A DNA stretch of 64,000 nt from Actinomycetota bacterium (GTDB lineage: Bacteria > Actinomycetota > AC-67): contig DASWHR010000010.1 in the NCBI GenBank assembly GCA_036398095.1, positions 2,555 through 66,554 on the forward strand. Direction: 5' to 3'. The notes under the pieces are model-generated. The model saw nothing but the letters and a program-made list of their open reading frames with translations, searched no databases and had not been told where the DNA came from. Below, in pieces: positions 56,911 through 64,000 of this stretch (position 1 is the stretch's first letter; each line of letters begins with the position of its first letter). Position numbers and translations under genes: made by a program.

Positions 56911-57515
56911 CGACGCGCCTCGCGCAGCAGCAGGAAGGACACGCTCGCCGACAGCAGCGCGGCGAGGAAGAACCGTCCGCCCAGCCCGGCCGGCGTGCGC
57001 GCAGCCTTCGTCGTTCCGCCGAACAGAGCGCCGATGTCGCCGAGGCTGCCGTGAATGATCAGGAAGCTGAGCAGCACCGCCAGGATCGGCGCGGCGATCA
57101 TGCGGAGCACGCGCGGAGCCGCCTTGTTGCGCGCGGCGTAGAAGCCGGCGAGGCGCGCATCGATCTCGGGCCCGAACAACGCGGGGGCCGCGACGGCGAT
57201 CGCCGACGCGAAGAACACCGGGCCGCCTGCGCCGGAGGTGCCCGAACCCCGGCTCATGAAGTACAGCAGGCCCGGCGCGGCGAACAGGATCGGCTTGGCG
57301 CGCGCGGGGATCTTGGCGATCTCATCTTGCAGGTTGAGCTTGGTGGCGATCTCGCGTCCGAAGACGATGACCGCGATGCCGCCGGCAGCGATGACGACGA
57401 CCGCGACGGCGCTTCGATGCGTGATCCAATCCAGGTAACAGAACAGGGCGACGAAGGCCAGCGCGAAGATCTTCCCCGCGCTCAGTGTGCGGACACGGTT
57501 CGCCGGCGTGTTCAC
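56907..57515 (-). CDS. Integral membrane hypothetical protein (5-6 TM)
   Basis: Hydrophobic helices IFALAFVALFCYLDW, AVAVVVIAAGGIAVIVF, ILAVLLSFLIIHG, FFLAALLSASVSFLLL. Confidence 0.6.
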   Translation of the reverse strand: MNTPANRVRTLSAGKIFALAFVALFCYLDWITHRSAVAVVVIAAGGIAVIVFGREIATKLNLQDEIAKIPARAKPILFAAPGLLYFMSRGSGTSGAGGPVFFASAIAVAAPALFGPEIDARLAGFYAARNKAAPRVLRMIAAPILAVLLSFLIIHGSLGDIGALFGGTTKAARTPAGLGGRFFLAALLSASVSFLLLREARR

Positions 57516-57540
57516 CTCGCCCCCTTCGGATCGCCTCGCA

Positions 57541-58236
57541 TCATGCCACGGTCGCGGGAGAACGCCCAGAATCGGTGGCGGAAAGCGCGTGCCCCCGGCA
57601 CCACCATCCCAGGATGGAGCCGTACACCACGTGCCCGGCGATGCTCACGACCAGGAACGCCTCGTAGGCGCGAACGCGGAACAACGCGGGATAGATCAGG
57701 ATCATCGCGACCTCCAGCGTCACGCCCCAGATCAGTCCCCACCACCACCGGGCGGGGCCGGCGACGATCGCGTACACGACTCCGAACGTCCATCCGTTCG
57801 TCACGTGATACGCCCATCCGGACGCGATCGCCGCCGCATGATCGGGCGGCTTTCCGGTCATGAACGTGCCGAAGCCGCGAATGGCCGAGAACGCGTCGAA
57901 TCCGCTCGGAAACGCCATCTGAATGATCCAGCGAATTCCGTCGTAGCCGATCAGCCCCAGGAAACCCGCGACGGTCCCAACCCAAAGCCGGTTGAAGAGC
58001 AGGGTTTTTTGAGCGCGTCCGGCCCAGACCATCAGGCTCAGCAGCAGCACGAGGCCGGGCAGCGTGACGAACGAAACCGTGAACGGCATCCGCACGATGC
58101 CGGCCGCGTGCGCGAGCACCGCCGCGATCGACGTGCCGGCCGCAACGAAAGCGAGCGCAAACAAGGCACGGTCGCTTTTCGGGAGGACCGGACGCAGCCG
58201 CTCCCGGGGTCGCGTTCCGGGATCGCGTTCCGGCAT
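57541..58236 (-). CDS. Integral membrane hypothetical protein, Trp-rich
   Basis: Start at M69; first gene of the minus-strand operon; helices ALFALAFVAAGTSIAAVLAHAAG, LVLLLSLMVWAG, GVVYAIVAGPARWWWGLIWGV. Confidence 0.55.
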   Translation of the reverse strand: MPERDPGTRPRERLRPVLPKSDRALFALAFVAAGTSIAAVLAHAAGIVRMPFTVSFVTLPGLVLLLSLMVWAGRAQKTLLFNRLWVGTVAGFLGLIGYDGIRWIIQMAFPSGFDAFSAIRGFGTFMTGKPPDHAAAIASGWAYHVTNGWTFGVVYAIVAGPARWWWGLIWGVTLEVAMILIYPALFRVRAYEAFLVVSIAGHVVYGSILGWWCRGHALSATDSGRSPATVA

Positions 58237-58386
58237 CGCCGCGATTGTAGCCAGCCGTCCGGCATCGTCCAGGCCGCGACTCTGGGAAAACTTCGAGTGC
58301 GGGAGTATGGTTGTCCGCGTTCGTCGAACGTCCGATCGGGGGTGGGTATCTCGTTCAGCCCGACGCATTTCGTTCCGGACGGGGGC

Positions 58387-59307
58387 ATGTCTTCGTGGGA
58401 AGCCCCCGATCCGTCGCGCCCCGCCGCGCGACTCGATCAATGGCTCTCGATCGAGATCGCAGAGAAAAGGGGAAGCTGGGCTCGCATCGAGTGTTCGAAC
58501 GGATGGAGTGCGTGGGTGGACGCCCGACGATTGCTCGAACTAGACAACGGCAACTCACAGGCCGTCGGACCACCGGTCGCGGCCCCCGCTGCATCGCCTG
58601 CGGCCGCGCCCGTCGCCGCGGCGAGCCCGGCCGCACCCGCGCGTCCCATGCCGCAAGGACGGTCGCTGCTCGCGCTGGGCGGGGCGGCCGCCGCCGCCGT
58701 CGCGGCGTTCTTGCCGTGGCTGTCCACCGGCGGCCTTTCCGTCTCCGCGATGGATGTGGCGGCCTCGATCTTGTGGTCGATCAACCCTGGTGACTTCTTT
58801 CTGAAGATCGGAATGCTGATGTTGCTGCTGGCCGGTGCGGCCGCGGCGGCGACGACTCTGCCGAACCTGGCTCGCTACCGAAAGCCCGCGGCGATCGCGA
58901 TCGCCGTCGTCACGGTCGGATTCGTGGTGCAACTCTCGCGCGCGCTCAAGGGCAGCGGAACCGGAGTGTTCGGCGCGATCGGCATCGGCGTGTATGCCGC
59001 GCTCGCCGGGGCCGTGATGATCTTCGCCGGCGACCAACCCCAGGCCGCAGTTGCGACGATCGCGACGCGCGCGGCGCCGGCCGAGCCCCCGCCGACCGTT
59101 CCCGGATGGAACGCGACGCATCGCGTCCCGGCGCCGGGCATCCGCGCGTGGGCCGTGCCGGACCCATCGGCGCCGGTCGCGACCCGGCTGCGGGGCGGGA
59201 TGGGTTTGCGCATCATCGAGGCACGCGGGGATTGGACACACGTCGAAGCCTCGAACGGATGGCGCGGCTGGGTCGACGGGCGTCGCCTGGAAGCCGGGAC
59301 GTCATGA
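58387..59307 (+). CDS. Membrane protein with two SH3b-like domains flanking a 4-TM core
   Basis: Start at M301 of the track ORF; N-terminal SH3b-like WEAPDPSRPAARLDQWLSIEIAEKRGSWARIECSNGWSAWVDARRLLE; C-terminal AWAVPDPSAPVATRLRGGMGLRIIEARGDWTHVEASNGWRGWVDGRRLE. Confidence 0.65.
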   Translation: MSSWEAPDPSRPAARLDQWLSIEIAEKRGSWARIECSNGWSAWVDARRLLELDNGNSQAVGPPVAAPAASPAAAPVAAASPAAPARPMPQGRSLLALGGAAAAAVAAFLPWLSTGGLSVSAMDVAASILWSINPGDFFLKIGMLMLLLAGAAAAATTLPNLARYRKPAAIAIAVVTVGFVVQLSRALKGSGTGVFGAIGIGVYAALAGAVMIFAGDQPQAAVATIATRAAPAEPPPTVPGWNATHRVPAPGIRAWAVPDPSAPVATRLRGGMGLRIIEARGDWTHVEASNGWRGWVDGRRLEAGTS

Positions 59308-60539
59308 GCACGCAACCACCGATCGGCGGCGGAGGCATGCCTCCAATGAGTCCATCGGGACCGCCGCCGGGACCGACCGTTCGCCCGCGCGAGAAGTCCG
59401 CCGCTGCGTCCCCACCCGCGCCCGTCGCGGCACCGCCGGGACCCACCGGACCTGCGGGGCCGGCCGGTCCGGTCGCGCCCGCCGGGAAGCGCACCGCTCA
59501 GATCGTCGCGTTCGTGGTCGCGCTTGCGGTCGGTGTGGGCGGCGGCATGTTCCTTGGTCGCGGCACCGCCGAAGCCGGCGAAGTCTTGCTCGAGGCCGCG
59601 CCGTCGGTTGGGCCCGATCCATTCACTCCCCCTCCCGAGAAGCCCGACGAGCCCACGCCGCCGGCGACCGCGGCAACCACCGCGTCGCCCACCGCGTCGC
59701 CCACCGCTCCGTCCCCGGCCACGACGCCGCCGCAGCCTCCGCCGAGCATTTCGGTGACGGTCGGCGGGCGGCAGGTCGGCTTGTACGGAGGAAGCGGAAG
59801 CGAGCGCGTCTGCGATGTCGAGCAACTCGTGGCCTTCCTGTCCGCCGATCCCGCGAAGGCCGCCGCATGGGCGCAGGTGCAAGGCATCCCGGTCGCGCAA
59901 CTTCCTCAGTACCTGCGTTCGCTCAGGCCGACGTTCTTGCAAGTCGATACGCGCGTGACGAACCACGGCTTTCGCAACGGGGTCGCAACGCCGCGGCAGT
60001 CGGTGCTGCAGGCCGGCACCGCGGTGCTCGTGGACTCCAAGGGCGTTCCCCGCGCGCGCTGCAAGTGCGGCAATCCTCTTCTGCCGCCGGCGCCCATCCA
60101 AGGAAAGCCCGTCTACGCGGGCGCGCGATGGCCGGACTTCAACCCTGGGCGCCTCGCCAGCGTCGGGCGTCTGGCATCCGCGCCGCCAACCCCCACGGCG
60201 TCGGCTACCGGCACGCCGGCGCGCACACCAACCGGTCCCGCGGGGAACATCGGGAACGTATCCGGCGCCTATCAAGTCACCGATTTCCAAACAACCGGTG
60301 ATTGCGGCGAAGAGCTGACCGTGTCCGAGGATCGCTTCTCGGTGCGGCAGACCGGATCGAGGGTGGTCTTCATCGGCGAGGACGGCACCGAGGAACTCGC
60401 CGTGACGATGCTTCCCGACGGAACATTCCAAGCCGGGGACGAAAACGGCAGCCTATCCGGCCGATTCACGGGCTCGGCGGTGACCTTCACCATCGGCGGC
60501 GACGACTGCACCATCACCCTGACGGCACGACGGATCTAA
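59304..60539 (+). CDS. Single-pass membrane protein with Pro/Thr-rich stalk and Cys-containing C-terminal domain
   Basis: Start at M67 overlapping the previous stop (ATGA); TM helix IVAFVVALAVGVGGGMFLG; PTPPATAATTASPTASPTAPSPATTPPQPPP linker. Confidence 0.6.
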   Translation: MSTQPPIGGGGMPPMSPSGPPPGPTVRPREKSAAASPPAPVAAPPGPTGPAGPAGPVAPAGKRTAQIVAFVVALAVGVGGGMFLGRGTAEAGEVLLEAAPSVGPDPFTPPPEKPDEPTPPATAATTASPTASPTAPSPATTPPQPPPSISVTVGGRQVGLYGGSGSERVCDVEQLVAFLSADPAKAAAWAQVQGIPVAQLPQYLRSLRPTFLQVDTRVTNHGFRNGVATPRQSVLQAGTAVLVDSKGVPRARCKCGNPLLPPAPIQGKPVYAGARWPDFNPGRLASVGRLASAPPTPTASATGTPARTPTGPAGNIGNVSGAYQVTDFQTTGDCGEELTVSEDRFSVRQTGSRVVFIGEDGTEELAVTMLPDGTFQAGDENGSLSGRFTGSAVTFTIGGDDCTITLTARRI

Positions 60540-60554
60540 ACGCGAGGAGGAGCA

Positions 60555-61682
60555 ATGTCCCCACGGCTTCGTCGATCGATCCTGGGAGCGGCTCTGGCCG
60601 TGCCGATCGTGTTTGGTTTCGCGGCAAGCGCGCTGGCCGAGATCAGCGGCGACTGCTCGGCGCAGATCAACGGTGCAAACGTCGAGGGGCGCAACTCGCG
60701 CGACAAGGCCGACGCGATCGACGTGCCCGAACACGCCGGCATCGTCGTGTCCGGCATATCGCAGACGCCCACGGACCACGTGGACATCTACATGGAGTTC
60801 CTCGGGCTGTTCGAGTGGAAAGTCGCCACCGACACGTTCAATCCGGACACGAACTGGTCCTCCAGTGTCGCCGTGGACGACTACGCGAAGTACGGCGTCG
60901 GCTTGTATCGCGTTCGCGGTTCGACCGGCGCGTGCAGCGGAGCGGCGCTGGTGCGGGTCGCAGGAAATCCGCTGGGCACCGTGGCCGGCGTCGCGGCGAC
61001 CGCCGCGGCCGCAGCCGGGGTGGCCGCGCTCGGAGCCGCCACGGCGCGTGCCGGACGTGCACCCTCGCCCGCGCCGGACTCTGCGTCAAGCCAAACCAGC
61101 GACGACGACGACTACGGGTGGGATCCAATATACGGGTGGGGTCCAATAATGGGGCCGCCCGAACCTACCTCCGCGGTGCGCGGGCCGTGTTCGCTCTTCG
61201 TCTTGCCCGCGCTGCTCTTGACCGGCGCAGCGATGCTGGGCGCCGTGCCGGCGCCGGCTGCGGGGCCGCGTCGCGCGAGTTCGTTGCGTCTGTCGTTCGT
61301 CGGGATCGCCGGCGGTCTGCTCGCCGCGCTGGGCACCACGGTTCTGTTGCAGCAGTATTCGGTGCTCTACCCCACGCGCACGACGACGATCGTGCTGCTT
61401 GCGTTGGGTCTGGCGCTGGGCGTCGCGCTGCCGACGCTGGCGAACCGGCGCGTCGTGGGAGCCGCGAGCAGAGTCGCCGCCGCACGCGCCGCACGCATCG
61501 CGCAGGCCCGCGCCGCGCGGCTCGAAGAAGAGTCCGCACCGCCGCCACCGCCGGCCGCCGACGATCTGCCTCCCCCGCCGCCGGAAGATCTGTCTCCTCC
61601 GCCGGCCACATCCTCGCCATCGTGGGAGACGCCGGCACCCCCGGATGAGCAGCCGCCCCCGCCGCCACCGGAGCAGCCGTGA
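60555..61682 (+). CDS. Secreted/membrane hypothetical protein with Pro-rich C-terminus
   Basis: Signal peptide MSPRLRRSILGAALAVPIVFGFAASALA; DDDDYGWDPIYGWGPIMG; two TM helices; coiled coil; PPPPPAADDLPPPPPEDLSPPP. Confidence 0.6.
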   Translation: MSPRLRRSILGAALAVPIVFGFAASALAEISGDCSAQINGANVEGRNSRDKADAIDVPEHAGIVVSGISQTPTDHVDIYMEFLGLFEWKVATDTFNPDTNWSSSVAVDDYAKYGVGLYRVRGSTGACSGAALVRVAGNPLGTVAGVAATAAAAAGVAALGAATARAGRAPSPAPDSASSQTSDDDDYGWDPIYGWGPIMGPPEPTSAVRGPCSLFVLPALLLTGAAMLGAVPAPAAGPRRASSLRLSFVGIAGGLLAALGTTVLLQQYSVLYPTRTTTIVLLALGLALGVALPTLANRRVVGAASRVAAARAARIAQARAARLEEESAPPPPPAADDLPPPPPEDLSPPPATSSPSWETPAPPDEQPPPPPPEQP

Positions 61683-61987
61683 CCGCATCGTCGCGACGTC
61701 TGTCATTTCCGTCACGCTTCGCGGTGCGGTTCATCCGAACGTATCGAGAGCGCGTCTCGGCGCGACTCGGTGCCGCGTGCCGCTTCGAGCAAACCTGCTC
61801 GGCCTATGGACTCGAGATGTTCGAGCGCTACGGCTTCCTGCGCGCGACGGGAAAGACGATCGCGCGGATCGCGAGCTGCCGGACTACACACCCAGGAGAG
61901 CGCGGGCCTGCGCGATATCGGCGCGGATCTGCTCGACCAGCGGATCCGGGCCGTCGAATTTCAGCTCGTCGCGCAAGCGGTGGGTGA
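61679..61987 (+). CDS. yidD: YidD-like membrane protein insertion efficiency factor
   Basis: AVRFIRTYRERVSARLGAACRFEQTCSAYGLEMFERYGFLRATGKTIARIASC matches the YidD C(R)F.P.CS.Y core; GTG start overlaps the upstream stop; unusual roughly 100-nt 3' overlap with convergent ribF. Confidence 0.5.
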   Translation: MTASSRRLSFPSRFAVRFIRTYRERVSARLGAACRFEQTCSAYGLEMFERYGFLRATGKTIARIASCRTTHPGERGPARYRRGSARPADPGRRISARRASGG

Positions 61988-62810
61988 ACTCGATCGCAAC
62001 GCTCTTGCCGTACAGGTCGGCGTCGAAATCGAGCGCGTGGATCTCGACGACGGGCTCGACTCGATCTTCGAACGTTGGGTTGAGCCCAACGTTGACGACG
62101 GCCGGGTGCCGGACGCCGTCTACGGTCAGCCATCCCGCGTAGACGCCGATCTTGGGCTGCGCCATCCGCGGCGAAATCGCCAGGTTCGCGGTCGGGATGC
62201 CCAGGCCCTTGCCGCGGCCGGCACCCCGGACCACCTCGCCTTCAAGACGGAAGGGGCGGCCGAGCTCGCCGGCGACCGTCTCGACGTCGCCGCCGGCGAT
62301 CTGGCGGCGGATCAGCGTCGAGGAGATCGCGTCCTCACCGCCGAGAAGCGAAAAGATGTCCACGCCGAAGCCTTCGATCGCGCCGAGTTCGTGGAGCGTG
62401 GCGACGGTGCCGGCATGGTTGTATCCGAACCGAAAATTGCTGCCCACGACGACGTGCGTCGCGCCGAGGCCGTCCACCAGGATCTTGCGCACGAACTCGC
62501 CCGGCTCCAGGCGGCGCAGCGCCTCGTCGAAGGTGAGCACCAGAACGAACTCGATCCCCAGTCCCCCGAGCACCTGGGCGCGCTGCTCGACGGTCGAGAT
62601 CATCGGCGGCTCCTTGCCGGGCGCGACGACCTCGAGCGGATGCCGGTCGAAGGTCACGACGCCGGGCGTCGCGCCGGTTTCGCGCGCAAGCTCGACCACG
62701 CGGCGGATGAGCATCTGGTGGCCTTTGTGGACGCCGTCGAACACGCCGATGGTGACGGCGGTCGGCTTCAGGCCGGCGGGAATGTCTTCGATCGATCGGT
62801 ACAGGTTCAC
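61884..62810 (-). CDS. ribF: Bifunctional riboflavin kinase / FMN adenylyltransferase
   Basis: TIGVFDGVHKGHQ nucleotidyltransferase motif plus the riboflavin-kinase PTAN motif (GLGIPTANL). Confidence 0.9.
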   Translation of the reverse strand: MNLYRSIEDIPAGLKPTAVTIGVFDGVHKGHQMLIRRVVELARETGATPGVVTFDRHPLEVVAPGKEPPMISTVEQRAQVLGGLGIEFVLVLTFDEALRRLEPGEFVRKILVDGLGATHVVVGSNFRFGYNHAGTVATLHELGAIEGFGVDIFSLLGGEDAISSTLIRRQIAGGDVETVAGELGRPFRLEGEVVRGAGRGKGLGIPTANLAISPRMAQPKIGVYAGWLTVDGVRHPAVVNVGLNPTFEDRVEPVVEIHALDFDADLYGKSVAIEFTHRLRDELKFDGPDPLVEQIRADIAQARALLGV

Positions 62811-63679
62811 TGGGCGGTCTCTCCGGAAAGGTCACTGGCATGCACGAGCACGCACAGGCTACGTGCTTCCGGGCCTTCGTCGCGCGCCATCGCGATGAGC
62901 GCGCCGCCGGTGAAGACCGCGTAGGGTCCGGCCAGACCGGCGGCGGCGATGGCCTTGCCGTGTGCCAGGCGCAACGCGTCCTCGCGCGTGATGTCGCGGC
63001 GCGGATACCCCGCAACGGCCGCATCAATCGGCAGTACCGCGGCCTCGGTGACCTGTTCGATCGGCGTGGCGCCGGCTTCGATGTAGGGCCCGACGGCCGT
63101 GCGTCGCAGCGTCGCGACGTGCGCGCCGACGCCGAGCGCGCGTCCGATGTCGTGGACGAGTGTGCGAATGTAGGTCCCCTTGCTGCAGCGCACGCGGATC
63201 GTCGGAGGATCGAAGCCGGTCAATTCGAGTTCGTGGATCGTGACGGGACGCGGGGGGCGTTCCACGGTTTCCCCGCGGCGGGCCTTCTTGTACAGCGCCT
63301 CGCCGCCGATCTTGATCGCGCTGACCATGGGCGGCACTTGCTCGATATCCCCCCGGAAGGACGGCAGCACGGCTTCGACGTCGCCCCGCGCGACGTGGCC
63401 GGCGTCGGCGGTGGCGACGACGGCGCCGGCGGCATCTTGCGTGTCGGTTTCGATACCGAGCACGAACGTCGCGACGTAGGTCTTGTCGAGCGCTTCGAGG
63501 TATTGCAGCAGGCGCGTCGCCCGCCCGACACCAAGGATCAGGACACCGGTCGCGTCCGGGTCGAGCGTGCCGGCATGGCCGATCTTTCGCTCGCCCAGCC
63601 GCTTGCGGCAGATCGCGACGGCGTCGTGCGAGGTCATGCGCGCCGGCTTGTCGGCCACGAGCAAGCCGTTCAACGTCAC
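62807..63679 (-). CDS. truB: tRNA pseudouridine(55) synthase
   Basis: GLLVADKPARMTSHDAV...GHAGTLDPDATGVL catalytic-Asp motif. Confidence 0.9.
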   Translation of the reverse strand: MTLNGLLVADKPARMTSHDAVAICRKRLGERKIGHAGTLDPDATGVLILGVGRATRLLQYLEALDKTYVATFVLGIETDTQDAAGAVVATADAGHVARGDVEAVLPSFRGDIEQVPPMVSAIKIGGEALYKKARRGETVERPPRPVTIHELELTGFDPPTIRVRCSKGTYIRTLVHDIGRALGVGAHVATLRRTAVGPYIEAGATPIEQVTEAAVLPIDAAVAGYPRRDITREDALRLAHGKAIAAAGLAGPYAVFTGGALIAMARDEGPEARSLCVLVHASDLSGETAQ

Positions 63680-64000
63680 GCCTTCAGGCGCGCGGCGATG
63701 TCGAGCGCGATCGCGCGCGGGTCGCTGCCGTCGGCGGTGAAACCGGCGGCGAGGGCGTGACCGCCGCCGCCGAGCGCTTCGCAGATCGCACCGACATCGG
63801 CTGCACCCTTGGCGCGCATCGACACCTTGAATCGTCCGTCAGGCGTTTCCTTCAGCACGCAGGCGACCTCGGCTTCTTCAGCGACCCGCACCACGTCGAT
63901 GAGCGCTTCGGTGTCGTCCATCCCGATCCCGGCCGTCTTCACGTCGTCGTTGTCGATCCACGTCCAGACCATGCTGGTCTCGGTCGAAGGCCCCGGGATC
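63676..64000 (-). CDS. nrnA: DHH/DHHA1 phosphoesterase (NrnA-like oligoribonuclease / pAp phosphatase), C-terminal part only; N-terminus lies beyond the right edge
   Basis: Frame stays open to position 64000 (...IPGPSTETSMVWTWIDNDD...); DHHA1 motif GGGGHALAAG; conserved position upstream of truB. Confidence 0.65.
   Translation of the reverse strand, partial: IPGPSTETSMVWTWIDNDDVKTAGIGMDDTEALIDVVRVAEEAEVACVLKETPDGRFKVSMRAKGAADVGAICEALGGGGHALAAGFTADGSDPRAIALDIAARLKA

Overview
This is a 64-kb, roughly 70% GC chromosomal segment with Actinomycetota-type core synteny. From left to right it reads: an intein-interrupted class II RNR nrdJ that runs off the left edge, then nrdR, an SOS-regulated LysM protein, an ECF sigma / anti-sigma pair and lexA. 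After a set of secreted-protein genes and a HicBA module come hflX, an aminotransferase (probably dapL), dapF, miaA and miaB. A giant DUF11 surface protein separates these from hmgA-hppD, spoVS-rny, recX-recA, thpR, cinA, pgsA, a RodZ-like protein, a metzincin protease, ftsK and dapA. A 2012-aa S8 protease sits between dapA and thyX, followed by dapB, an M16 protease, pnp, rpsO, an 8-kb block of hypothetical genes, ribF, truB and a partial nrnA at the right edge. Nearly all genes are on the minus strand. Most long plus-strand ORFs in the track are antisense shadows of real genes. The track also omits ORFs that run off a window edge: nrdJ had to be read directly from the sequence. No rRNA, tRNA, CRISPR array, transposase or integrase was seen. 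The conserved backbone is interrupted by several lineage-specific insertions. These are three inteins in nrdJ and a sigma/anti-sigma pair with an RTX beta-roll domain wedged into the SOS locus. There are two giant multi-repeat surface proteins. A 1.7-kb lower-GC insert at the pnp 3' end is flanked by a 368-bp duplication of the pnp 3' end. Finally, an 8-kb cluster of SH3b-domain membrane and secreted proteins lies between rpsO and ribF.
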